A DNA stretch of 64,000 nucleotides, taken from contig CAWVRN010000024.1 of NCBI GenBank assembly GCA_963932905.1, forward strand, positions 8,113-72,112, given 5' to 3'. The translations under genes were made by a program, and so were the position numbers. Below the pieces are notes generated by a model that was not told the origin of the DNA, made no database searches, and was given only the letters and a program-made list of their open reading frames with translations. Positions 48,286 to 58,239 of the stretch are shown here, in pieces. The stretch comes from an uncultured Bdellovibrio sp. (GTDB lineage: Bacteria > Bdellovibrionota > Bdellovibrionia > Bdellovibrionales > Bdellovibrionaceae). Position 1 is the stretch's first letter. Every line of letters begins with the position of its first letter.

Positions 48286-49869
48286 ATGGATTTTCTTAGG
48301 CTCAACGATGACCTCATTTCAGTACTATTTGAAGATGACGACATCATTGCTATTGATAAGCCCTACGGCTTTAATGCACATACCAATGATGCTAAAGCCG
48401 ATCACGGGGTAGCCATACAAGATGGGTTAATTGAAATATTTGAAAAAAATCGCGGTTCTAGTTTGCATATCATTCATCGTCTGGATCAAACGACAACAGG
48501 TGTGATGATTTTTGGTAAGTCGGTTGAATCTGCAAAGAAGTATGCGGATTATTTTTTGCATCGTCAGGTAAAGAAAACATACTGGTTTGTAACGGATAGA
48601 AAATCTAACAAGCAGAAGTTTGTTATCGATCAGGCCATTGTACATAAAGCAAAAGAGCTTGAAGCTAAAACAGAATTGAATTTTTTGAAATCAGCCCATG
48701 GATTTGAACTTTGGCAGGCCAACCCATATACTGGGCGAAACCATCAAATCCGTATTCATGCCGAAGCCGCCGGATTGTCTCTGTTGGGTGATGAAAAATA
48801 TGGCGGTTCACGATTTTCGTTTCTGACTTTGCATAATCATAAAATACAGTTCCCGAATGGGATTCAGATAGAATCGAAGCCGCCCGTGTATTTTGAAAAA
48901 CTGGAAATTTTAAAAGATCCTGTTTTAACGACGTTTTATTTCGAAGCGGATCGTCGCCAACGTCTTTTTAAAAATGCCGATGAGTCGTGCTACCGCATAG
49001 TAAATCATTTGAACGGGGCCAAAGAGCCTGGTTTTTCGTTGGATAAATTTGGACGTGTACTAATTTTAAATTGGTATAAAGAGGCGTGGTTACCTTCAGA
49101 CGAAGCAACGTGGAGTCAAGTTTCTAAAGAATTAAGAATGCCGATTTGGGTACATGGTAAAGATCTAAAGAAATATTTAGGCCTAGACCGCAATGACCAT
49201 TGGTCCGTAAAAGACAACTCGATTTCATATGAAATTCGATCGGAAATCCCGGCCGCGCCGGGTTTGTATCTAAATCAGCGATTGCAGCGTAAATGGCTAA
49301 GAGACAATGCGAATGGTAAATCAGTTCTAAACTTGTTTGCTAATTCCGGCTCTTATGCGGTAGCGGCAGCTATTGGACAGGCGAGTGAAGTCACTTTAGT
49401 TGAAGGTAGTAAGAACTATCTTGCGTGGTCTAAGCGCAATTTTGAACTTAACGGTATAGATCAAACGAAATATAAGTTTTTGAATCGTGATAGCCTAACT
49501 TTTTTAGAAAGTAGTCTTAGTAAAAATCTACGTTTTGACATTGTCATTTGTGATACTCCGACATTTTTTAGGCGAGAAAAGGGAATTTTTAAAATCGATA
49601 AAGATTTTGAAAAATTACTTACCGATTGTGTTCGTTTGGTAGCTGATGGTGGGACGTTGTTGATATCAACTCAGTTTGATGGATTTTTCGTAGATGACTT
49701 GCGTAGAAAAATCGAAAAAGTGCAGAAAAACCTGGCTATCAAAAATCTAAAAATTAATTTAGTTCTGCCGTCTCTTGATTTCGAGTTACCAGGTCAAAAG
49801 GCAAATTTAAAATCATTTCTAATTCAAAAAGGCCGGCAAACCGCAGATGGTAGCGCCGGACACGACTAG
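48286..49869 (+). CDS. Fusion of RluA-family pseudouridine synthase and RlmK/RlmI-like SAM methyltransferase
   Basis: DKPYG, HRLD, TGRNHQIRIH, GDEKYG; then GLYLNQR, LNLFANSG, SKNYLAWSKRN, DTPTF. Confidence 0.88.
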   Translation: MDFLRLNDDLISVLFEDDDIIAIDKPYGFNAHTNDAKADHGVAIQDGLIEIFEKNRGSSLHIIHRLDQTTTGVMIFGKSVESAKKYADYFLHRQVKKTYWFVTDRKSNKQKFVIDQAIVHKAKELEAKTELNFLKSAHGFELWQANPYTGRNHQIRIHAEAAGLSLLGDEKYGGSRFSFLTLHNHKIQFPNGIQIESKPPVYFEKLEILKDPVLTTFYFEADRRQRLFKNADESCYRIVNHLNGAKEPGFSLDKFGRVLILNWYKEAWLPSDEATWSQVSKELRMPIWVHGKDLKKYLGLDRNDHWSVKDNSISYEIRSEIPAAPGLYLNQRLQRKWLRDNANGKSVLNLFANSGSYAVAAAIGQASEVTLVEGSKNYLAWSKRNFELNGIDQTKYKFLNRDSLTFLESSLSKNLRFDIVICDTPTFFRREKGIFKIDKDFEKLLTDCVRLVADGGTLLISTQFDGFFVDDLRRKIEKVQKNLAIKNLKINLVLPSLDFELPGQKANLKSFLIQKGRQTADGSAGHD

Positions 49870-50023
49870 CCAGTTAATCATCCAAATTGATACAAGATAT
49901 AAAACTTTATAGGTTTTCGTGTGTCTCACGCTATGTCTCATTATGGTATGTCATATGATACAGGTCAGTTGACTAATAGTAAGATAGTTTTGCGCTTTCT
50001 AAACGAACGTAGTTAACCCTGGG

Positions 50024-50039
50024 TGGCATTTGTTTCGCT
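50024..50039 (+). promoter_or_regulatory. Putative sigma54 promoter
   Basis: TGGCATTTGTTTCGCT, GG-N10-GC. Confidence 0.62.
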
Positions 50040-50068
50040 AGGTATCATGGAAACAGCTAATGGAAGCG

Positions 50069-50141
50069 GCATTGTGACGCGGCGAAAGTCTGAGTTTTAT
50101 TTTTTTTAAAATAAGACGAGAAAGTACCTGCACGAAAATGC
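50069..50141 (+). ncRNA. Candidate structured 5' leader or sRNA
   Basis: Nested pairings GCATT/AATGC, GCGG/CTGC, TCT/AGA and GTTTTATTTT/AAAATAAGAC with a GAA/AGUA internal loop. Confidence 0.35.
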
Positions 50142-50189
50142 TAAGATTTAAGATGAAATCTTAATGATGTATTAAGAGGAGAGGGTTAA

Positions 50190-50795
50190 ATGAGCAAGCA
50201 AGGCAAAGACAGCAATATTCTAGAGTTTCCTTCAAATCGAATGATTCGTCAGAAGTCTATGCAACGTTCGCAAGAGAAAAAAGCTGTTCTTGGTTTATCA
50301 GTGCTTGGCCTCTTTATTTTTACTGTAGCAGCTAATCAATGGATTGCAGATTTTAATAAATTTGGTGCTGGTTCCAGAAATGTGGCGTCCATCCAGTTGG
50401 ACAATAAACAAGCTATTTTAAAAGAACATTTACTAGCCAAAGAAATTGCGACCCAAGAAAATATCGTCGGATTTAAATCACAAGAGCCATCTTTAAAAGA
50501 TGAAATGATTTTCTCTTCATTAGAAGGTAAATACCGAGTTAAATCTGATCAGCAGCGTGTTTTAGCTGTTCAATCAGACGATGATTCTGAATCGCGCATT
50601 GAGATGGCCGATGGCGAACGATTCGTCAAAAAGTACATTTCACTATTCAATGAAAAAGCTGTTCACTTTAAATTAACTAATCGTTCAGAAGCAACTGAAG
50701 TGTATGAATTGCTAGATCAAAAAGGCGTTGTTATCGATCGCTTACAACTAGACAAAGATTCGGCTGGAAAATTAACCCAGCTTAAAGTCCTATAA
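50190..50795 (+). CDS. Single-pass membrane hypothetical protein
   Basis: GAGG RBS, one TM helix, RNVAS motif just after it. Confidence 0.78.
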   Translation: MSKQGKDSNILEFPSNRMIRQKSMQRSQEKKAVLGLSVLGLFIFTVAANQWIADFNKFGAGSRNVASIQLDNKQAILKEHLLAKEIATQENIVGFKSQEPSLKDEMIFSSLEGKYRVKSDQQRVLAVQSDDDSESRIEMADGERFVKKYISLFNEKAVHFKLTNRSEATEVYELLDQKGVVIDRLQLDKDSAGKLTQLKVL

Positions 50796-50802
50796 TTTTA
50801 AT

Positions 50803-50833
50803 CCCTCTCGTATCTGAGAGGGTATTTTTTTTT
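50803..50833 (+). terminator. Intrinsic terminator
   Basis: CCCTCTC-gtatct-GAGAGGG followed by a T-tract. Confidence 0.75.
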
Positions 50834-50877
50834 AAATCTAGTCTCTTAGAAACTGATCACTTTGTCGACAAAGTGAT

Positions 50878-52023
50878 ATGGTTATTCACGATCTTACAGA
50901 AGACATCTCAGACTCAAAAAAGTTCAATCCGGCTCCCTATCTGGATCGATTTTTTGCCAACGTCATTGATTTCCTGATTCTTGCACCGGTGATTTCACTT
51001 TTCTGTGGTGGCATCAACAACGATTTGCGTTGGGCGGTGTTTAATAAATCTTCAAGTGATGTTTATCCTTTGGCCCTTCAATACATCTTTGTCACATTTG
51101 GTCTGTTTGTTCTGTATGAAACTATGTTCATATATTTCCACGGAGCAACCCCTGGTCATCGCTTTTTGTTCATGAGAGTTGTTAATCAAAATGGTGGTCG
51201 CCCAGATATTCTGCCGATGTTGTTCCGTTCGGTTTTTAAATTCCAGGCCTTATTGTTTGCAGGTATTCCATTTATGGAAATCGTTGTGCGTGGCGATCGG
51301 TCAACGTTTTACGATAGACTTGCACAAACACAATTAGTCAGTTTAAGAAAAACAAAGCACGATGCTATTCATCCAGAATTTAAAAAAATTATTGTGCGTT
51401 GGACACATACATCGATCATTTTTGCCTTCTTATTTATCGGACTCATTTTCTATAAAACGGTGACAACAACAAAAACAGAAAGTATCGCCAAATCAAAATT
51501 AAAATGTACCGAATCATTAGCATTCTATGTAAAGAACTATCTTTCTAAAACAAGAGAAACCGAGAACTTAAATTGTGCAAGAGAACTGGTCGAAAAGTCA
51601 TTTGAGGGTGCAAACGCACAAGCAGAAATTAATTATCTGGCTCAGTTTGTTGTTACAAATAATGAAGAGCTGAAAGAATCTTACCGCGATAAATACTGCG
51701 CGACTAGAAAAGATAAGCTGCTTTGCCAATCTGAAGCCGTTATAGATTTTGATAAAATTAAGCCTGATGACGAGGACGTCTTAAATTTACTGGTCGAAAT
51801 GAATCAATCATTGTTTAAAAACGACCACGCACGGGTATTTGCAATTTTAGATGTTCTCTACACCCATTTGGATTGGAACAAAAACCTAGAGTTGTACTAT
51901 ATGACATCTTACCTATTCTTAAGCGAGCAGGGAACGCGTGGACCCGCTTCGGAAAAAAGTTTAAAAGTTAGCTGGGAAGCCCGGAAATCCCGCTTCCTTA
52001 AACGGATGAGCATAAAGTTATGA
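50878..52023 (+). CDS. RDD family membrane protein with C-terminal soluble domain
   Basis: RFFANVID, GATPG, YDRLAQT; Cys-containing helical C-terminal region. Confidence 0.88.
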   Translation: MVIHDLTEDISDSKKFNPAPYLDRFFANVIDFLILAPVISLFCGGINNDLRWAVFNKSSSDVYPLALQYIFVTFGLFVLYETMFIYFHGATPGHRFLFMRVVNQNGGRPDILPMLFRSVFKFQALLFAGIPFMEIVVRGDRSTFYDRLAQTQLVSLRKTKHDAIHPEFKKIIVRWTHTSIIFAFLFIGLIFYKTVTTTKTESIAKSKLKCTESLAFYVKNYLSKTRETENLNCARELVEKSFEGANAQAEINYLAQFVVTNNEELKESYRDKYCATRKDKLLCQSEAVIDFDKIKPDDEDVLNLLVEMNQSLFKNDHARVFAILDVLYTHLDWNKNLELYYMTSYLFLSEQGTRGPASEKSLKVSWEARKSRFLKRMSIKL

Positions 52024-52994
52024 TTTTCCCTTGGCCGCGTCTATTTCTAAATCGTTTTGATATTAACTTCGTAAATATTCTTATTTTAGCGAATGTGATT
52101 TTATTTTTTATGTTTTTTACTCAGTCGGATGATGAAAAAGTAAAATCAAAATTGTTTAGCCCGGGCGGCGCTGAACTGACGGCTCAATATTATCGTAAAT
52201 ATTTAAATGAAAACATGGATGTTGGCGATAATAAAAAGCTGTTATTACAATACGATTTTAATCACGCGGATCAAAGAGCGATGCTCAGTTCAACAGCACT
52301 TCGAGATATTAATTTTATCTCTTCGATAGAAAATAGATCGTGGGATAAAGATGAAGTGCGGTGGACCTACTGGAAAAAAATGGTGACTGATTATCAAGAG
52401 AAAGTGAAACAACAGACACTGTACATGTTGGGTCTGTCTCATGGGAATAAACAAACTTTCAGTTGGTTTACATATCAGTTTTCACACATGAACATCTGGC
52501 ATTTATTTAGCAATATGTTGTTCTTGTTTTTGATCGGGTACGCGTTGGAGTCCGTGTTGGGCGCAGTCGGTTTTGTAATGCTATATCTTTTCAGCGGTAT
52601 CGCTGGTGGTTTGTTTTATCTTTACTTCAATCCATCGACGTTGATTCCTATGGTCGGTGCCAGTGGTGCCGTCAGCGGTTTAATTTCGTTCTATTCATTT
52701 TACAATTTACGTCGGAACACTCGATTTTATTATTTTTTGAGTCCAAGCGAAGGTAACTATGGCTACATTTATTTGCCAACAGCGATAATAATTCCAATGT
52801 ACCTTATTCCCGATTTGGCCTCGTTTGCGTCACAAATCCCTGGCGTTTCCAGTGGCGTCGCATTCTCCGCGCATATTGGTGGAGCCTTGTTTGGTGGCTT
52901 ACTTGCGTTCACGCTGAAGGTCACGATGGGTGCACAGCTTGAACAAGATTCTGTCGCTTTGGCCACAGACACCAAAGCGCCTCAAAATGATTGA
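52020..52994 (+). CDS. Rhomboid intramembrane serine protease
   Basis: TYQFSH...HLFSNM, VGASGAVSG, AHIGG. Confidence 0.94.
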   Translation: MIFPWPRLFLNRFDINFVNILILANVILFFMFFTQSDDEKVKSKLFSPGGAELTAQYYRKYLNENMDVGDNKKLLLQYDFNHADQRAMLSSTALRDINFISSIENRSWDKDEVRWTYWKKMVTDYQEKVKQQTLYMLGLSHGNKQTFSWFTYQFSHMNIWHLFSNMLFLFLIGYALESVLGAVGFVMLYLFSGIAGGLFYLYFNPSTLIPMVGASGAVSGLISFYSFYNLRRNTRFYYFLSPSEGNYGYIYLPTAIIIPMYLIPDLASFASQIPGVSSGVAFSAHIGGALFGGLLAFTLKVTMGAQLEQDSVALATDTKAPQND

Positions 52995-53062
52995 TTGATT
53001 CGTTTCTGAAATGACGAAGTTGTCAGAGACATATTTTTCAAACGTCTCTTCAAAAAGAGAAC

Positions 53063-56041
53063 CTATTCTTGTGGAGCAAATCCGCGGCGTAAAGTATTCT
53101 CTGTTACACAAATCGGTTCAACGAACTGCTTTAAATAATCAGGGCCGCCAGTTTTTGAACCAACGCCGCTCATTTTAAAACCACCGAATGGATGACGATC
53201 GACCATCGCACCTGTAATTCCACGGTTGATGTATAGGTTGCCGACTTCAAATTCATTTCGAACTTTTGCTATGTTGGCTGGGCTTCTAGAGAACAAGCCG
53301 CCAGTCAATGCGTACTTGGTGCCATTTGCGAATTCAAGTGCTTGATCCATGTCTTTGGCTTTAATCAAAGCCAACACCGGACCAAAAATTTCCTCTTGAG
53401 CTAATTCAGAATCCGCAGGTACATCACCGAAAATAGTAGGTGATACGAAGTAACCGTCAGTGCTTGTTTGTGCAGAAAGAAGTACTTTGTACTGGCCAGA
53501 ATACTTTTTAATTAAACCTTGAATACGATCGTAAGCTTCTTTATCAACCACGGGTCCTAAGTAATTTTTAGGATTCAGAACTGAACCAACCGTTATTGAT
53601 TTTGTGGCTTCGACCAAACGTTGCGAGAATTTTTCGTACACGTCTTCAAGAACGATACAACGGCTGGCCGCTGAACATTTTTGTCCCGCAAAACCAAATG
53701 CAGAGTAAACAACGGCATCCACGGCTTCATCTAAATCCGCATCGCTATCGATGATAACGGCGTTCTTTCCGCCCATTTCGATGATGCAGCGTTTGACGTG
53801 CTGTTGGCCTTTTTGAGTGATTGTGGCTTTGTTTAAAATATGCAGACCAACATTCATTGAACCTGTGAAGGCGATTGTGTTTGTCAGTGGGTGATTCACC
53901 AAATATTCACCAACAACTTCGCCAAGACCCGGCATAAATTGAACAACACCGGTAGGTAAGTTTAACTCTTTGATCATTTGGTACAAGCTATTGGCCATCA
54001 ACGAGCTCTGTTCCGCGGGCTTCATGATCACTGTGTTGCCGGTGACTAATGCGGCAGCGACTTGTCCGCAAAGAATCGCCAGCGGGAAATTCCAAGGAGC
54101 GATGACCAAGCAAACGCCACGTGGTTTGTAGATGTACTGTGAAATTTCTCCGGGAACGCCGCCCACTTTTAGAGGCGCCGCCATTTCTGTCATATGATCA
54201 GCGTAATAGTTGCAGAAATCAATCGCTTCACCGATGTCACCATCGGCTTCGGCCCAAGGTTTGCCGACTTCAAAAATTTGTGTCGCCATCAGTTCCCATT
54301 TACGATCGTGCATCATTTTAGCTAGTTTGCGGAGGTAATCGGCGCGGGTCGCCGCTGGCGTTTTCTTCCAGATATGGAATGCTTTACTAGATTCTTGAAT
54401 GGCTGTTTCTGCCATTTCTTTTGTCGCTAAACCAATTTTGGCTAAGATTTGTGACGTTTGAGACGGGTTTTCGCGGTTTAAAAATTCCGACGTAGTTACC
54501 GGTTTAAAATTGATTTCTGGAAGAACTGTTTTGATAGTTTCAGGATTGAAGTTTTTCAAAGCATCTTGCATTAACTTGCGATTGGCCTCAATTGCAAAAT
54601 CAGACAGAGGTTCATTTTGGAAGGAATGCTGAGCCGCGGTTGATTTATATTGTCCCGGAGCAGGTGGTGTTCCTGGTTTAGGAATCTTTGTTGTTGGGTC
54701 TGCTAATAGTTCATCCATGGATTTGTTTTCTGCAAACTTGCCACGAAGCCAGGATTCATTCGACGTATTTTCTAAAAGACGACGAACCAGGTAGGCCATC
54801 CCTGGAATTAATTCGCCCACAGGTGCGTACTCGCGTACACGGTAACCCATTTCAGAGAATGTTTTCTTGATAGGTTCGGCCATACCGAACAACATTTGAA
54901 TTTCAAATCCGTTTTTAGGAACATTTTTTGTTTCAGCATAATATAAGCACGCCGATAATGTTCGCACGTTATGAGACGCAAACGCGGCTTTGATATGAGG
55001 GTAGTTGTCGATCAAGATTTTTGCGCAGTATTCATAGTTGGCGTCTGATTCTGCTTTCACAGTGTAAACCGGGACCGACCAGTTCTTTTGTTCAGAATCG
55101 ATCGTTTCGTAATCCCAGTAGGCGCCTTTGACTAAACGAACAGTGAACGGAGTCTGGCGAGCTTTTGCAAATGCTGATAGATCTTTGATATCATCGCTAG
55201 AGTCTTTTAGATAGGCTTGGATCACGCAGCCAAAGAATTTATAACTACGTAATTCAGGTTCCATCAATAATTCTTTAAAAACTTCTACGGTTAAATGTTT
55301 AACCGAGTATTGTTCCATGTCCAGATTTAGGAAAATGTTTCGCTCCATTGCTTTTTTAAACAATGGGCGAAGGCGATCTTTAACGATTGTTTTTGTTTCT
55401 TCCCACGCACGGTCATTGATTTGTGAATACAAGGCTGACATTTTAACTGAAACATTCACTTTGGGAATCGCACCTTCTGCATCGGTATCTAGCAGAGGAT
55501 TCGTATCCCACTTCTCAGCGTCTTTAGCTAAACCATCCATAAGCTCTTGATATTTACTTGTGTACTCAGCCGCTTCTTTTTCTGACAACGTCGCTTCGCC
55601 TAAAATGTCTACGGTGAAGGTCATATTGTTTTTACGCATTTTCTTTAAAACAGAAAGCGCTTCGTTTGGATTCTCTCCTGTGATGAACATTTTAGCCATC
55701 TGAGTTACGTTTTTCTTAATTGCGCCAGCCATCAAGCCCGGTGCTAAGCTGCCTAAACCTAAACCCACGTTGAACACGCTTGGTAATTCAGATCCGCCTT
55801 CTGTAAAATATTCTTTTAAATGTTGAGCGACTTCGGATGATGAGTTTAAAGAAGGAAGAACGTCGACGAAGCGAAACATATTTGTTTTAAAAGTTTCATT
55901 CTTCATGCTCCAGTCCATAATGCTGCCGTACCAGAAGTCTTTAGAGAACAAAGAAACTTTGGAATTTGATTCCATTTTTTTTAAAATTTCACTACCAATT
56001 TCTACAATACGTTTTTGATCAGCATCAGTTGATGGTTGCAT
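53063..56041 (-). CDS. putA: Bifunctional proline dehydrogenase / P5C dehydrogenase
   Basis: RLVKGAYWD, YLVRRLLEN, EMGGKN, GQKCSA, EEIFGP; no N-terminal RHH domain. Confidence 0.97.
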   Translation of the reverse strand: MQPSTDADQKRIVEIGSEILKKMESNSKVSLFSKDFWYGSIMDWSMKNETFKTNMFRFVDVLPSLNSSSEVAQHLKEYFTEGGSELPSVFNVGLGLGSLAPGLMAGAIKKNVTQMAKMFITGENPNEALSVLKKMRKNNMTFTVDILGEATLSEKEAAEYTSKYQELMDGLAKDAEKWDTNPLLDTDAEGAIPKVNVSVKMSALYSQINDRAWEETKTIVKDRLRPLFKKAMERNIFLNLDMEQYSVKHLTVEVFKELLMEPELRSYKFFGCVIQAYLKDSSDDIKDLSAFAKARQTPFTVRLVKGAYWDYETIDSEQKNWSVPVYTVKAESDANYEYCAKILIDNYPHIKAAFASHNVRTLSACLYYAETKNVPKNGFEIQMLFGMAEPIKKTFSEMGYRVREYAPVGELIPGMAYLVRRLLENTSNESWLRGKFAENKSMDELLADPTTKIPKPGTPPAPGQYKSTAAQHSFQNEPLSDFAIEANRKLMQDALKNFNPETIKTVLPEINFKPVTTSEFLNRENPSQTSQILAKIGLATKEMAETAIQESSKAFHIWKKTPAATRADYLRKLAKMMHDRKWELMATQIFEVGKPWAEADGDIGEAIDFCNYYADHMTEMAAPLKVGGVPGEISQYIYKPRGVCLVIAPWNFPLAILCGQVAAALVTGNTVIMKPAEQSSLMANSLYQMIKELNLPTGVVQFMPGLGEVVGEYLVNHPLTNTIAFTGSMNVGLHILNKATITQKGQQHVKRCIIEMGGKNAVIIDSDADLDEAVDAVVYSAFGFAGQKCSAASRCIVLEDVYEKFSQRLVEATKSITVGSVLNPKNYLGPVVDKEAYDRIQGLIKKYSGQYKVLLSAQTSTDGYFVSPTIFGDVPADSELAQEEIFGPVLALIKAKDMDQALEFANGTKYALTGGLFSRSPANIAKVRNEFEVGNLYINRGITGAMVDRHPFGGFKMSGVGSKTGGPDYLKQFVEPICVTENTLRRGFAPQE

Positions 56042-56074
56042 AGCTATTCCTTTGTAGTTTAGATCTATGGGTTT

Positions 56075-56659
56075 TTACTCTATTTTTAGAGTCCACTCAA
56101 TAAGGATTTGCTGTTTTTGGTTTTTTAGCACTGATTTTAGAACATCACCTTTTTGGACGGAACCCACGCCAGACGGGGTTCCTGAAAGCAATATATCGCC
56201 TTCTGTTACAGGAAAATGCAGTTGTAAGAAGGACACAAGTTCAGGCCATTTAAAAATCATCAGGTTCTGATCGCCGACCTGTTTTGTTTGCCCATTTATT
56301 TGCAGCTCAAATGAATATATTTCATTTGAATCAAAGGGAATCCATGGCGAAATCGGGCAAGAATTTTTAAACGATTTAGCCAGCGTCCACGGTTCACCCT
56401 TGGCTTTTAGTTCGTTTTGTCGCTGGCGATCCGTCAGGTCCAAGGCCAAAGCGATGTGGGATAAGCGTAACTTTTCATCAAACCGAAATGCCATTTCTAA
56501 TTCATGGTGAAGCGAAAGAACATGAGTTGGGTAGGGCATCGAATTGCCATGAACCATTGTCGATGAGGACTTTAGAAAAAACAAAGGCTGCGTGGGAACA
56601 TTGTTGCCTAGCTCTTTAGCGTGTTCTGCGTAATTGCGCCCAACGCACCAGATACTCAT
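56075..56659 (-). CDS. Fumarylacetoacetate hydrolase family protein
   Basis: CVGRNYAEHAKE, HHELE, GDILLSGTPSGV; start set to ATG 56659 overlapping the upstream stop. Confidence 0.93.
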   Translation of the reverse strand: MSIWCVGRNYAEHAKELGNNVPTQPLFFLKSSSTMVHGNSMPYPTHVLSLHHELEMAFRFDEKLRLSHIALALDLTDRQRQNELKAKGEPWTLAKSFKNSCPISPWIPFDSNEIYSFELQINGQTKQVGDQNLMIFKWPELVSFLQLHFPVTEGDILLSGTPSGVGSVQKGDVLKSVLKNQKQQILIEWTLKIE

Positions 56660-57153
56660 AGGCGATTGAAATCCATAAGGTGCCACAAATCTGACTTGGC
56701 AAAATACATATATTGCCCACTCGGCCAGCTATCGTATTTGGGTTGAGTTAAATCTGTTGAGCTCTCTATGATCGATATAAATTCTTCGGCCCAATCTTGG
56801 TGAGTGCATACGTAAACCGTCGGTGGATTTTTAGCATTATCTGGAACATCCAGTTGAAAACCGACAAGGAATTCTTGAACTCGCAATCGAAAATCTTTCG
56901 ATGATTCAGTGTCGGTTCTTAAATCTAAAAGTGGCGTCGCTGTGATTTTTAGTCGCATTTGCTCTGCGGCAAACGACAAAGTTTCGCGCGTTCGTTTGCG
57001 AGGAGAGCAAAATAAATGCGTCGGTGCCGGCAATTTTTTTGATTGAATCAGTTGCACTAAATTGCGCGCTTGATTGAAGCCATGGGGTGATAAAGAAGAA
57101 TCAGCAACCATTTCGGAGTTTTTTTCAGCGTGTCGGAACAGAATAAAATTCAA
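56656..57153 (-). CDS. Histidine phosphatase family protein (SixA-like)
   Basis: LFRHAE, SPRKRTRET, CTHQD; TTG start after GAGG. Confidence 0.85.
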   Translation of the reverse strand: MNFILFRHAEKNSEMVADSSLSPHGFNQARNLVQLIQSKKLPAPTHLFCSPRKRTRETLSFAAEQMRLKITATPLLDLRTDTESSKDFRLRVQEFLVGFQLDVPDNAKNPPTVYVCTHQDWAEEFISIIESSTDLTQPKYDSWPSGQYMYFAKSDLWHLMDFNRL

Positions 57154-57255
57154 TCAAAACCTCACTCTTTTTCTCACTCTAAATCTAGAGAAACGCGGTT
57201 TCAACCGAAATTAGCTATGGACAGAAATTTAAAAAAATGTTTGACTCAGATTTCT

Positions 57256-58149
57256 ATGGAAAGAGTCCACCGTTTTGTTTCTAACGATTTTACGATTCGT
57301 ATTGCTGCCGTTAACGCCACTGAGGTTGTTAAAGAAATGCAACGAATTCAGAACACTAATCCACTGCCAACAATCGCTGTTGGTAGGGCGATGGTGGGTG
57401 CCTTACTCCTCGCCAGTCATTTAAAAGAAAAACAGCAGGTGGGTTTGTACTTTCGTGGTGATGGTCCTATGGGTCGCGTATTCGCCGAGGCCCACTTCGA
57501 AGGACAGGTGCGTGGATACACTCCGCATACTTATTACGAGCCGGCTAATTATGCAGGCGGTTTAAAATTAAAAGAGCATATTGGACAGGGGACGTTGTCG
57601 GTCACCCGGCATTTACCATTTCAAAAACAGCCGCATCATGGGACTGTTGAAATGGTGACATCGGAAATCGGTGAAGACATTGGTCATTACCTAATTCAAT
57701 CGCATCAAATTCGCTCGATCATTTCGTTAGGTGTTTATTTAGATACCTATGGAAAAGTTCAATCCGCTGGCGGCGTTTTAATCGAAGTTATGCCCGGTGT
57801 TGGCGAAGATGTTGTCGATGTTTTACTTAAGAACTCGCAAGATGTGAAAACATCGATCTCTGAAGATATTTTAAAAGGGGGACACCCCATCGAATTCGTT
57901 AAGCCTTATTTAAAGGGCATTGAATTCTCTGAGCTCGATCATAATTTTCCTATTGGCTACTACTGTCCTTGCAACGAAGAGCGCGTGGTGCGTGCTTTAG
58001 AGACGTTAGGGATCGAAGAGCTAGATGATATGATCGTTAAGAACGAAACGGCGCAGGTGATGTGTCAGATGTGCGGCAAGCCCTATGATGTGGCTCCGGA
58101 TAAACTGACGGAGATTAAGAATAAACTGTATCGCCAGACACTCAACTAA
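57256..58149 (+). CDS. hslO: Redox-regulated chaperone Hsp33
   Basis: GDGPMG, QSHQI.S...LGV, AGG..I..MPG, CPC...CQMC zinc motif; start set to ATG 57256. Confidence 0.95.
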   Translation: MERVHRFVSNDFTIRIAAVNATEVVKEMQRIQNTNPLPTIAVGRAMVGALLLASHLKEKQQVGLYFRGDGPMGRVFAEAHFEGQVRGYTPHTYYEPANYAGGLKLKEHIGQGTLSVTRHLPFQKQPHHGTVEMVTSEIGEDIGHYLIQSHQIRSIISLGVYLDTYGKVQSAGGVLIEVMPGVGEDVVDVLLKNSQDVKTSISEDILKGGHPIEFVKPYLKGIEFSELDHNFPIGYYCPCNEERVVRALETLGIEELDDMIVKNETAQVMCQMCGKPYDVAPDKLTEIKNKLYRQTLN

Positions 58150-58203
58150 ACTACAAAATACAGGATACTGTTAACGGTACTTAGTATTCTGTGCTGACTA
58201 CTG

Positions 58204-58239
58204 AAATAAAAAACCCGGCTTTCACCGGGTTTTTTATTT
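58204..58239. terminator. Bidirectional intrinsic terminator
   Basis: AAATAAAAAACCCGG-ctttca-CCGGGTTTTTTATTT between convergent genes. Confidence 0.88.

Noticed and set aside
50060..50145. c-di-GMP-I riboswitch or hammerhead ribozyme
   Set aside because: Lacks the GCAAA/GNRA plus receptor core and the CUGAUGA core; kept only as an unclassified structure.
58161..58191. Imperfect hairpin after hslO
   Set aside because: Weak, single-copy, and a clear terminator follows immediately.
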